The notes under the pieces are model-generated. The model was given only the letters and a program-made list of their open reading frames with translations, was not told the origin of the DNA and did not search any database. A stretch of DNA of 61,684 nt, filler included. It is 13 parts of 13 records of this genome, joined end to end, with 100 filler letters (N's around TTAATTAATTAA, not from the genome) between each part and the next. Parts side by side here need not be neighbours in the genome. Positions count along the whole stretch, not along the records: positions 11,789 to 19,280 come from SRR15195285_10246; positions 19,381 to 22,402 come from SRR15195285_10250; positions 22,503 to 26,226 come from SRR15195285_10268; 10 more parts are not named here. One strand, given 5' to 3'. The position numbers and the translations under genes were made by a program. This document shows, one piece after another, positions 12,337 to 22,613 of this stretch. How positions within the stretch are numbered: the stretch's first letter is position 1; the number at the start of each line of letters is the position of its first letter.

Positions 12337-13759
12337 TCACAGCTCGTCGGCCGGTGCTTCGTCCCACTCTGCCATCAACTGCTCATCGTACCTGTTTTGC
12401 AGTACGCACGCACCAGCCATTCGTATCCACCAACGCACAGACTCGGCAAACCGTAGTATCATGCACTACAACCTGGTGTGGATTGATAACTGCAGTGCCT
12501 CTAGTTGGAGCTGCGGGCGGGGGCTCTCCTACTTCTCCGAGAGGAATTTCGTGGTGCCAAAAACGGATGGGTCCTCTGGGTGCGTCTCCATACCGTACAC
12601 CGTCGGCTGTGCACCGGTCTTCCAGTCATCGGCTCCAGTGTAGAACTTGAAGGTTGGAAACTTCTCACAGCCCTGCTTGATGCAAAGCGCCTCGTTGCGG
12701 GAACAATCCACCTGCATCATTACAAGAAATCGAACAGTCAGCTGTTTGCATAGCCAAGAGACACGGTCAGATATTACTCACCGCAGCCCAAATGACATCT
12801 TCGAGCTCAGTCGATCCCTGCTCTGCGCCCTGCGCAAACTGCGGCTTTGCAGCAGAGCAGTACTTGCACCCTGGAGTCCAAAACATCACGACCATTTTGG
12901 AGTCTTGCTTGAGCAACTTCTTCAGCCCCTTTTTCCCTTTGATGTGCTTGACGAAGCCACCGTCGAAGAAAGGTGTCTCGTCTATACACACGCCACAAGA
13001 CTTCGGACAGTTTTTGACCATCCATTCCTGGTTGTTATCGCACTCGCCCTCTTCGGCAAAAAATCCACAGTCTTCGTGCGTATCCTCGCACGCCGGCGGG
13101 GAAGCCTTGCCTGCTGCCTCTGCTGCTTCCCGCGACCGCTGCTCGTACTGTGCCTGCTTGATTGCTTCTTTTGCGCCTTGCGTTAGCTCGTGCAGCGTAG
13201 CGGTCTTGACTGGTGTCGTCATGGTGGCATAGGAGTTGCCGCCGGACTGTACACGGCGTGTTCCGAGCGCGTACAATGACTTCCGCAACAGCTCTTTTGC
13301 CTCATCCGCCGTGACTTCCTTCGCCTCAAAACGCGCCACCAGAGCGTCCACTGCCTCCTGCGTGCTGCAGAGGCCGCTCTGCTCGGGCCCAGCCTCCTTG
13401 TCGTGCTCCTCGTCACCGTCGTCCTCGTCATCTTCGTCGCCCATGCTGCCCAGGCTGACCTTGATGGCCTCGGCGGACGGTTTGAACTTGCAGCATGCCT
13501 CGTAGTCGTCACGCTCCTTCTCGGTCACGAAGCCGTCCTCGTTCTTGTCGGCCTTTGTCCACTCTTTGTCACCAGCAGACACACCCAGCGAGGCTTCGTG
13601 CCAGCGACTAAACGCCTTCCGGGTCATTCCAGGCAGCTCATCCACCACACTCGGGGCGGCGACCGTGCCCAGCATGAAGCTCACTGCGGCCAGCGCGAGC
13701 AGCGCCCCGGATTCGCAGCATACCCAGCGGCGACAACAGCACGCTGGCGACGGCCGCAT
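12337..13759 (-). CDS. ER-luminal thioredoxin/PDI-like protein with EF-hand and ShKT domain (403 aa)
   Basis: Signal-like N-terminus, EF-hand loop DKNEDGFVTEKE, ShKT motif CEDTHEDC...C......MVKNCPKSCGVC, thioredoxin site FWTPGCKYC. Introns 12781-12712 and 12532-12392 give the C-terminus ...EAPADEL*, a KDEL-like retention signal. Confidence 0.85.
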
Positions 13760-13988
13760 GCTTAAACAACCCAATACCCCTGCCGCCGGCCGAGGAGGAC
13801 TCTAAAGGTGTGTCTATGCTAGCCCAACAAAAGGACGGATCTCACACGCAGGCGCAAACAATGCGCACCGACGCACTGCGGCGCATACTGTACCGTGCTA
13901 CTATAGTCCGACGCGATGTTGTTCTGTCTGTACCGGCGCAGTTGCGCGTACGCGCGGTTGAAACCATATACTACATATGTAGTAGGTC

Positions 13989-14076
13989 ACCACAATGTGA
14001 TTCCTGGGTTGGCGGAACCACTTCGAAGGTACCACTTGCTGGTACCTGCAGGGAATCCCAGGAATCATATTGTGGT
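13989..14076. mobile_element. MITE-like foldback element (20-bp inverted repeats)
   Basis: ACCACAATGTGATTCCTGGG (13989-14008) matches the reverse complement of 14057-14076 at 19/20. Internal 8-bp hairpin AGGTACCA/TGGTACCT at 14027-14047. No clear TSD. Confidence 0.5.
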
Positions 14077-14376
14077 AGCCATATACGCAATGCCTGCCAG
14101 CTAAAGCGTCTGAGTGGGACCATGGGGTGTCATGGTGCGCCAGGGCGCCACCTGGAGCGCCAGTCTCATTGGCGGAGTGCGAGCGCATGTGCGATGCGCT
14201 GCAAGGGTGCACAGCGATGAACTTTGCAGCAGCGCACGTGAACGTCACAGGTGGATGTTGCGTGCGCCAATGCAACGTGTCGGGCGGGGCTCTGCTGCAA
14301 GGAGCCTAACGGCGCGGGTACCACGAGCAACTCTCTTACAAAAAAAGTACAATATTCAATCAATGAAATGAACTGG

Positions 14377-17300
14377 CTACGGCCGGGCAGTGGCCGCTGC
14401 TGCATGGGCCTGTGCCTTCGGATCGTCAAACGGCGAGGGAAATAGCGCGCACATGTCGTCGAGGCGCTCGTCACGCTGGCGAAACATCGAGGTCTGTCCG
14501 TCGTCATCCGCTACTGCGCGTTTTACCTGGTCTGCCTGGCCCCCTCCACCGACTTCCCGCGGTACGTAGATCGAGCCACGTGGCAGCTCACAGCGTCGCT
14601 GCTCGACAATCTGCGAGATTATAAAATCAAATCCTGCTAGCGTCGTCAAGATTAGCTTCGCTGCTGCGCTGAAGATGATCGAGACAAGGACTGGCCACTT
14701 CCCGAGCAGCTCGATGTCCCAGTCTTCAAAGATTGCCGCCAAGGCACCGAGATCAGTCCGAACCAAGCCCCAGATCAGCGTCACGTACGCCCCAGTCGCC
14801 AGAATCGTGTGGTAGCCTTCGATCCAGCGGAGTACTGAGAGCACAACTGCATTGCTCATCGGCATCGTGATTCGTTTCCAACGGCCCACCACAAAGTAGA
14901 CCATTGGAGAGTATGCCAATAGGATCAGCCCCACCAGCACGGTCGGACTGCCCACCATCTGGAAGAGCATCGACGTGAAACACCACACCAGCGGGCAGTA
15001 CACCCATGGTAGCATACAGATAAACATGCCCGGAATAGAGGACTGCGGAACGATTGTTTTGACCTTGAGTGCACCGCGGATGACTGCTGGCGCGACTGCA
15101 ATCGCAGCTGGGACCAAGATTCTGAACGACCCGACTGCCTGTAGGAGCGAGAACACCACTTCGCCCGCGGTCGTTGCCTTGTCGATATATTGTTCGACCA
15201 TCTCCATCAACTCGAAGGCATTGCCGCCCGTGCCAACGAGCTCAATGTAGTCCAAGCACGAGGACTTGATCTCGGTCAGGGCACCAGCAGCGCTGTCGCT
15301 CTGTAGCGCCGCACGGGCTCGCGCACAGCCCTCATGCACTGGTCGGAAGTCGTGATACTCGTCAATGTCGATGTCAACGTCGACAACACACGGCACGTTG
15401 ATGGACTGATGGTAAGACCAGTCGATCACCCGTGGCACAAAGGACTCAACAGCTACACACACACCCTCTACCGCCGCCTCCAGCCGTTCCTTGCTCTCGT
15501 TATACTCGGTGTCGTGCTCGCCATTGACGATCGCCTGGCAGAGCTCCAGCGATGCAATCAGCTGCTGCTCAATGCTGTACTCAAGCCGTGTCTCGGCCAC
15601 GTAATCGGCAAGGGCGTCTGCCAGACCCTGAGCGTTGATGAATAGCCGAAGGGGGAGCAGTGACACGAGGCACGGGCCCATGAACGTCGTAAACCAAGCC
15701 ACTGCTACGTGGCGCCTTGACCTCACGTAGCTGTCCCAGTGGTTCAGCGCAAGAATCGACATGATCAGCGACATGACGACACAGCCGACAATGATAGCCT
15801 GCGCCCACCACGCGGCAACCGCCGAGCCGAGCCGTAGCCGTGCCAAGCCAACTAGAATGACACGCTTCGTGTAGTCGGCGAACCCCTCTTCGACAACCGC
15901 CTCGCGCTTGACAAATGTCTCAAGCGCTGCCCCGTCACTCGCTGCCTCGGTCACAGCACCCGCGGGCGAGTATCCTCGTGCCTGGCACAGGCTGAGCTCA
16001 TCTCGCTGAGATGAGCACACGTACGCCCCGCACTTGGCCCATGTGCTGCAGTACTTTGCGGCCTCAGCTACAGGCCAGCTACACTGGCCGGCGAGCCCTG
16101 GTGCGGTCTTGCACTCCGGGCCTCCGAGTATCACAGGCGCCGTAGATATCCCAGGCACGACATCGTAGCTCCATTCGATGTCCGCTGCATTCATACCGTT
16201 CACCAGCCTGCGGGACGTGGAGAGAGAGAGCTCTCTGAGCTCGGTCAGGTCGATATAATCCGACCCGAGCGCAGCGATCGACCAGCCAGCGGCAATCGAC
16301 GACAGAGCCACTGTTGCCACTAGTGCACTACGCCGCCATACCATCAAGTTGGCCGTCCTTCCTTTGTGGATGCCCGTCACCGCTGTGAGATGGCGTTCTT
16401 CCTCCGTGCTGACGATATCTTCTAGCAGCTTCGATGACTCCATCGCTCTGGAAAAGTGTACTGGGAGGTGCTTGAGAGTAACCCACAGACCGGTGCAGCA
16501 GCTGCGGGCGCATGCTTTCGTTTTGGAGTCGGTCGGAGTGGCAGGAGCAGGCGCCGGGTTGGAGCCATCCTGCACATCAGCCCTGCTGCCCTGCGGAGCA
16601 GGTTTGCCAGCGGGAAGCTGGCGGTAGCGCCTACCACACCAGGACAGCTTCTTGTCTTGCGGGGGTGGGCGGCGGTCATTAGCGGTCGATCGCTCGTGCA
16701 CATAGCTGAGCCCCTTTTCCTCGCTACGATCGGATGGACGCAAAGCCGCCCGCATCTCGTCGAGCACGTCGTTCCGATCTTTCAATACGTCTTGTAGGAC
16801 TGTGACCTCTTGCTTCGTCTCATTGGCACCGGAATTGTCGAAACAGCAGCAGCAATTCACGCCGAAGCAGCTGCACTTGGTGGGTTCAACCAACGTTTTC
16901 ATGATCCTTAGCTTTGTCTTTGCCCCGCCAAAGCCATTCACGAGTACATTCTCAAGCTCGCGCTGGTCTGAGGTCTCCCCGATCATGAAGTCCGTTGCTG
17001 CGAGTGTCGTCAGCAAAAAGCTTGTGATGGTATTGCACGCGATTCCAACCAGTGTAGGGATGCTGACGTCAGCAATCTCCATCGTGCGGAGTGTTTCCAA
17101 CACTGTGTTCTTCGTATCCTCAACAAAGAAAGCCCAGTAACCCAAAGCAAGATAGGCCAGCAAGCTGATGAGCTTGCCCTGAAGAGATATCCACCACAGC
17201 CATCTCACGATCTTCTCAGTCGTCATCGGCAGCGTGACCTGCATTCTCACGCCGATCAGATAGTAGATCATCGGACCAAACGCTAGAAAGAACAGCCCAG

Positions 17301-19140
17301 CGAGCATATAGAGATCGCCCACCAGTTGAAAGGCGATGTTGTACAGCGTCCAGACCAGGGGGGTGTAGAGCCACGGCAACAGTGTGATAAACATGCCTGG
17401 GATAGAGGACTGGGGGATGAACGTCTTGACCTTGACAGACCCGCGCAACAGTCCTGGCCCGATCGAGAGCGCGGCGGGTAGCAGCAGCTTGAAGGCACGC
17501 AGGGCGTGCGTGGTGCCGAGCATCAGCTCCGCTGACATGAGCACCTTATCAGTGAAGCTCTCTGCCTGACTGATCATCCTTCCTGCATTCCCACCTGGCT
17601 TGGCGGAGGAGAGGTCCATGTAGACAGCGCAAGCTTCCTGCACCTTCTCCAAGGCGTTGGCGTCATCCTCGCTGGCCTTGAGCTCCCGTGCCTCGTCGCA
17701 CGCGACATGCACTGGCGCGAAGTCGTACGTGTCATCTACAAGCGTGCGCCTGAGCGTGCCTTGGGCGAACCAGCAGCCTACTGTCGCTTCCCACTCGTGA
17801 TGTATGCGCAGTCCTGGAGGCAGCTGATCGTCTATCGTGCCACAGACCTCATCGATCGCGCCTGTAACTAAGCCCCTATCGTCGCTGGATGCGCTGCCAT
17901 CGCCGGCGGCTGCGTCACAGGCAGCGGTGATGGCGGCCTCCGCAGCATCGATGTTGAAATGCTCCTGAAACATCTCTTTGTAGTCTGACAGCGCACTGGA
18001 GCCAGCGCTCCAGTCAACGAAGATTCTCAGAGGTACGACAGAGACCAGGGCGGGCCCCATGAAGATAAGCAGCCAGCCGAGCAAGACCTTCTGCCGCGAC
18101 ATCGCGTAGTGGTCCCAGCGGAGCAGTGCCACAGCCAGCGAGACGCAGCCGCTGAACGTGAGCAGCAGCACTGCGCCGTGCAAGGCGCAGGACGCCCAGA
18201 GTGGCTGCATCGCAAGCCGTGCCATCACCACTACAGCGAACCGCTTGCTGTAGTCTGCGAAGCTCTCGAGGTGATAGTCTGGCGTTTTGAGCCACGTGGC
18301 GGCCCCCATATCGCAAGCCGGGTCGACGGTGCGGTCAGGGCAGACGAACGACACAGTGGTCTCAGCCGAAAGCCACGCCTCGGCATCACCGCTGGCTTGG
18401 ACGGTTGAGGTGTCGGTGTCTGCATCGACGACCTCGCTGAAGTCCCAGTCGTGAGACCGCGCGAGGGAAAACCCCGCGCGAGTCAGCGCCATCTCCGCCT
18501 CTCTACCCTTGCCACGGGCCTGGCAGTCACTGCGGGAGTTCTGGCAAACGAATCCGCCGCACTGCGCCCAGCTTGCGCAGTGGAGCTGTGCTATCTCCAC
18601 AGTCGGCCATGAACACTGGCCGAAAAGGAACCGCTGGCAGCCGGTCGCCGCAGCAGCTGCCGACCCGCACTCGTTGCAGCCAGGGCCACCGACGATCTTT
18701 GGTCGCTCGAGGTAGTAGTTGGTGCGTTGGAACGACACCGCCGCAAGCACGGGGTCCGTGCCGTTGAGCAGCCTGCGCGATGACTGTGCGGCTGTCGCCT
18801 GGATCTCCTCGGCGTGCCGCAGCTCTCGCGCCAAGTCGATGCCGCGGAAGGCCATGGCGACGAAGGCTGAGACGACGAGAACGATGAGGCCGGAGCGTCT
18901 CCATACGCTGACGTTCACCGCTGCTCCGCCGAGCTGCAGCTGCGGCGCCACGCGCGCCAGGTGCGCGGCCTCCGACGCCGAGGCCACCGGCTGTGTCAGC
19001 TGCTCGCTCGCGAACGCGCGCTTCGCGTGCAGCCGCAGGCACTTCGCGTTGTTGATCGAGGCGGCCCGCCACGAAGCGAGTCCCGCCTCGCACGGGGCGT
19101 ATACCTCGGCCGCCGTGCGGTCGCCCGCACATATGGGCAT
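14377..19140 (-). CDS. Uncharacterised 1587-aa multi-pass membrane protein made of two homologous halves
   Basis: Long ORF with no intron needed. Motifs WRRS, GQCSWP, CQARG, FADY.KR, FMGP.LVS..PLR.F and KVKT..PQSSIPGMFI..LPW.Y.PLVW each occur twice. Confidence 0.85.
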   Translation of the reverse strand: MPICAGDRTAAEVYAPCEAGLASWRAASINNAKCLRLHAKRAFASEQLTQPVASASEAAHLARVAPQLQLGGAAVNVSVWRRSGLIVLVVSAFVAMAFRGIDLARELRHAEEIQATAAQSSRRLLNGTDPVLAAVSFQRTNYYLERPKIVGGPGCNECGSAAAAATGCQRFLFGQCSWPTVEIAQLHCASWAQCGGFVCQNSRSDCQARGKGREAEMALTRAGFSLARSHDWDFSEVVDADTDTSTVQASGDAEAWLSAETTVSFVCPDRTVDPACDMGAATWLKTPDYHLESFADYSKRFAVVVMARLAMQPLWASCALHGAVLLLTFSGCVSLAVALLRWDHYAMSRQKVLLGWLLIFMGPALVSVVPLRIFVDWSAGSSALSDYKEMFQEHFNIDAAEAAITAACDAAAGDGSASSDDRGLVTGAIDEVCGTIDDQLPPGLRIHHEWEATVGCWFAQGTLRRTLVDDTYDFAPVHVACDEARELKASEDDANALEKVQEACAVYMDLSSAKPGGNAGRMISQAESFTDKVLMSAELMLGTTHALRAFKLLLPAALSIGPGLLRGSVKVKTFIPQSSIPGMFITLLPWLYTPLVWTLYNIAFQLVGDLYMLAGLFFLAFGPMIYYLIGVRMQVTLPMTTEKIVRWLWWISLQGKLISLLAYLALGYWAFFVEDTKNTVLETLRTMEIADVSIPTLVGIACNTITSFLLTTLAATDFMIGETSDQRELENVLVNGFGGAKTKLRIMKTLVEPTKCSCFGVNCCCCFDNSGANETKQEVTVLQDVLKDRNDVLDEMRAALRPSDRSEEKGLSYVHERSTANDRRPPPQDKKLSWCGRRYRQLPAGKPAPQGSRADVQDGSNPAPAPATPTDSKTKACARSCCTGLWVTLKHLPVHFSRAMESSKLLEDIVSTEEERHLTAVTGIHKGRTANLMVWRRSALVATVALSSIAAGWSIAALGSDYIDLTELRELSLSTSRRLVNGMNAADIEWSYDVVPGISTAPVILGGPECKTAPGLAGQCSWPVAEAAKYCSTWAKCGAYVCSSQRDELSLCQARGYSPAGAVTEAASDGAALETFVKREAVVEEGFADYTKRVILVGLARLRLGSAVAAWWAQAIIVGCVVMSLIMSILALNHWDSYVRSRRHVAVAWFTTFMGPCLVSLLPLRLFINAQGLADALADYVAETRLEYSIEQQLIASLELCQAIVNGEHDTEYNESKERLEAAVEGVCVAVESFVPRVIDWSYHQSINVPCVVDVDIDIDEYHDFRPVHEGCARARAALQSDSAAGALTEIKSSCLDYIELVGTGGNAFELMEMVEQYIDKATTAGEVVFSLLQAVGSFRILVPAAIAVAPAVIRGALKVKTIVPQSSIPGMFICMLPWVYCPLVWCFTSMLFQMVGSPTVLVGLILLAYSPMVYFVVGRWKRITMPMSNAVVLSVLRWIEGYHTILATGAYVTLIWGLVRTDLGALAAIFEDWDIELLGKWPVLVSIIFSAAAKLILTTLAGFDFIISQIVEQRRCELPRGSIYVPREVGGGGQADQVKRAVADDDGQTSMFRQRDERLDDMCALFPSPFDDPKAQAHAAAATARP

Positions 19141-19280
19141 CGCAAGGGCGCTAGCGACAGATTCTGACAGCAGCTGCGCACACCCATGGCATGTGCCAAA
19201 GCACCGAGCGCCTTAGCCCTCTAGAGCCGGCGGCGCGCGAGCAGTGCCAGTGGTGGCTAATTCGATCGATGAGCCGGACG

Positions 19281-19380
19281 NNNNNNNNNNNNNNNNNNNN
19301 NNNNNNNNNNNNNNNNNNNNNNNNTTAATTAATTAANNNNNNNNNNNNNNNNNNNNNNNNNNNNNNNNNNNNNNNNNNNN
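19281..19380. other. Artificial contig spacer
   Basis: N44-TTAATTAATTAA-N44. Confidence 0.99.
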
Positions 19381-19435
19381 AATTCTCCCTTCCACCCAAG
19401 CGGGGTGCCTGCATCGAGACCTTACAGCACGCACA

Positions 19436-19469
19436 TGACAAGGGGCATAAGACCTTATGCCCCTTGTCA
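19436..19469. repeat. Palindromic hairpin repeat, GGCATAAG/CTTATGCC family, copy 1
   Basis: TGACAAGGGGCATAAG-AC-CTTATGCCCCTTGTCA, perfect 16-bp arms. Confidence 0.85.
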
Positions 19470-19718
19470 GGCGATGATCTTCTAGACGCTCTACACGTGT
19501 TGAATCCCATTTTGGTGGTGTTGGGACTTTGCTAATGACCTTTGAAGCTACTAAAGGTTGCCAGGATTAAGTTTTGAGGATGGATTATGGTTTCTGCAAG
19601 CCTATTAATTGTTTGAGGAGCGTGGATGATTATGACGCTCACTTCTCTTCCGCCAGAAAGTCCGTCATCTCATTCATCTGTGTCTGCAGAACTTTCCAGT
19701 TGGTTGAAATTTTCTGCT

Positions 19719-22006
19719 CTACTCTCGCTTCTCTACTTCAATAGAGGCGGTGGCTGCAGGGTTAGTCGTCTGTACCGAAGTCTCTCCACCATCTGCCTTC
19801 GACTTGTCCTTGCTGGTGGCGGTCTCTGCCCCCGTTGTACCCTCTTGCTCCTCCTTTTGAGGCCAATGCAATGTAATGTAAGGCCAAAGACTGGGCATCA
19901 TGTCGCTCCCGGCGTCAAGCCTCCACATGTAGACGATCGGGAAGATTATCGCGCCGAGGGAGAGCACGATGACAACTCCTTCCAGCAAAGCAGGGAGGGA
20001 CATGTCTCCCCAAGCGAGGCACAGCCCCATCACTGCACACTCCACCAGCAACGCCAGCTGGGCAACCACCTGCGCCTTATCGCCCATCGTAAAGCCGGTG
20101 TGACCATCGCTGTCACGAAAGGGCGTGGTGGCGATGACGAGACGGAGGAAGCCCGCGTTTATGACAATGAGAATGACTAGCAGCTTCCAAGCGTTCTTCG
20201 CGCGGTCAAGCAGGACTGCAAACGAACCATGGTCGTGCGCGCACATACGCGGCCACAGTGACCATTTGAATCTGAGAAATGGAAACACACACACAGAATG
20301 CGAGGAGAGAGGGAGACAAGGCACCGCGACCCACCGCATGCGAACACCGCTGTAACCTTGTACGCGAGGACGGCGAGCTCGAACCATCGACAAGACGGAG
20401 CGTACTTCCGAGTGATCCAGCCGTAGGAGGCGTCGTAGTTGAAGGGCTCTCCTACAGCCAACGAGTCGCAGCACTTGCAACATCCACAGCATGGGAGCTT
20501 GGTATTGCGGCGCAACGCCATCATGATCAAGGTAGGGACGAACACGAAGTAGAACAGGATGGGAGACGCCAATAAGTACATCCCCATGTGTGTCTCACAA
20601 GATTCGTATGGAGCCACATCGAGGTATCCATCCGTGCAGTCTAGCCATCTCACGTGAGTCTTCGCGAGCACCGTTAGCATTAAGGTGTATGCAGCCAACA
20701 TCGCGTTGCGGGCGTGGTTCCGGCGTCCTAGGTACTTGCCGGCCAGCCACAACGCCAGCATCAAAACGAAAAAGGTGGCATTGATCAAGACCATCTTGGT
20801 CACAAATGTTTCGTACGATTTGCCACGTACTTTCGCGCCAGGGATTTCGAGATTTTCATGGCACTCCGGGCTCGCCAGCTCGCCGAGATCGAACCCGATA
20901 ATGTTGTCCATCCACCTCGCGATGATGCGCAGCGCAGCCGGAAACGGGATTCCGGGCAAGCTCAGCTTGATCGCGGAGAGCTGAAGGTGGAACGCGGCGA
21001 TGCTGACAAATGCAACAGCGTTGTTGACCTGCCCTTGAATTGCGGCAACCGCATTGGCGTTGCCCTGAGCTTTCTCTACTGCGTCCGCGACATCGGGCGA
21101 CGCCGAGAGCTTCCAGACGCCGACGCAGATAGCGGCGAACGCCGCGCTGCCCAACAGAATCGGTAGTTCGAGGCTGGCGCCCTCCGGACACTCGATGCAC
21201 TCGCCACTGAGGGCGAAGTAGCGATCCTTGCAGTCGCTGCAGCCCGCGCCCCAGGCGCCCTCGGCGCATCCGTTGCTGTCTCCGAGGCAGCGCTGTGGGA
21301 ACGGGCATAATGTGCAAGTTGGTGCCCTACTCTCATCGAGCTCGTCGAAAAACGGTACGATCTCGCCCTCGGCGCAAGTCATTTGGCAAGTCGGGATCCA
21401 TGGTAGGTTCATGGCGGTCGATTGGTCAGTGTCGACACACACCACCACACGACGTGCAGCTACGTTTCCGCACTGAGGGTTATTCCCGGGGCAACTAGGC
21501 AACATTCCACTGGGACCGCCTAGTGGAACGATCTCCACTGAGACCGGCAAGATAATTTTCCTCACGCTTGTAAGATCGCAAGGCCAGAAGGCCTCCCTAG
21601 GAACTTCCGTCACGTTGTCAGGCACGACGATCTCCGCTGGCGCAAGTCGATTCCCCGGAGTGCCGCAGATGGATTCACTCCATGCTGGTCTGTAAATGCT
21701 GGTCTCTGCTACTCGAACCCAACCTGGTTCGACCCGTGGCGACCAGGCGGCCTGCAGCCGCCGGTGAGCCGCCTCGCCCGCCGCATCCGGACTACCGGTA
21801 CTCGTGCTGGTTGGCAGGTTGGGTGGGTCCTCGGTCGGTCGTCCCCAGGCAGTCGCCCCTGCATCAGTCGCCCATACAGCACTGTCGCGATCCGTGAGGA
21901 CAACGGTCTGCGACTGCATCGCGCGTTGGCGCGTGGCCTTGGCGCCACCGCCCCAGGCCAGCAGCAGCAAGCCCATCGCCAAGCGACCACCACGCCACCA
22001 CTGCAT
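19719..22006 (-). CDS. Membrane protein: signal peptide, BspA-type LRR fragment, Cys-rich region, multi-TM domain
   Basis: ATG at 22006 (MQWW...MGLLLLAWGG). IVVPDNVTEVPREAF resembles LRR_5. CAEGAWGAGCSDCKDRYF..C.EC precedes the TMs, the same junction type as in 2969..11688. Intron 20334-20216 joins ORFs 20177..22048 and 19719..20492. Confidence 0.75.
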
Positions 22007-22402
22007 GGCGCAACTGTTTGCGTGTGGGCCCCCGTGCCGAGCCAGCACCGCTGTTGCTCAGTCTGCACCCAGTAGGCTACTAGTATCCGTACCTCTACCT
22101 GTAAGTCACCCGTCCGTACCAGCGGTGGCGGTGCTGGTGGTATCGTGTGAAGTGCCGCTGTGGTGGTGCCTGGAGCTTCTCGTGGTGGTCCGCGTGCCCT
22201 TGGGGTCGTGAAAGAGCAACACCGAACGAGTGCCGCCAGCGAGCTAGCTGTGTCACGTGGCCAGGTAAGTTTTCCCTCTCCGCATTCCGAATTCCAACAG
22301 AGGACGTACGGTACATGTATCGTCGTCGAATCACGAGTCCGTCACACCGACTGCAATCGATTACCTAGGTCTGACAGTACTGACCGACGAAAAAACTTGG
22401 AT

Positions 22403-22502
22403 NNNNNNNNNNNNNNNNNNNNNNNNNNNNNNNNNNNNNNNNNNNNTTAATTAATTAANNNNNNNNNNNNNNNNNNNNNNNNNNNNNNNNNNNNNNNNNN
22501 NN
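22403..22502. other. Artificial contig spacer
   Basis: N44-TTAATTAATTAA-N44. Confidence 0.99.
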
Positions 22503-22613
22503 AATTTCTCTTGGAAAATTGAAATGATTTTTCCCCGAATTCTCACTGATCCCATCCACACGATTCCAACCCAGCAGCCTGTGAATTGAATTGCCGTGGG
22601 TGCGCTGGGCAGG

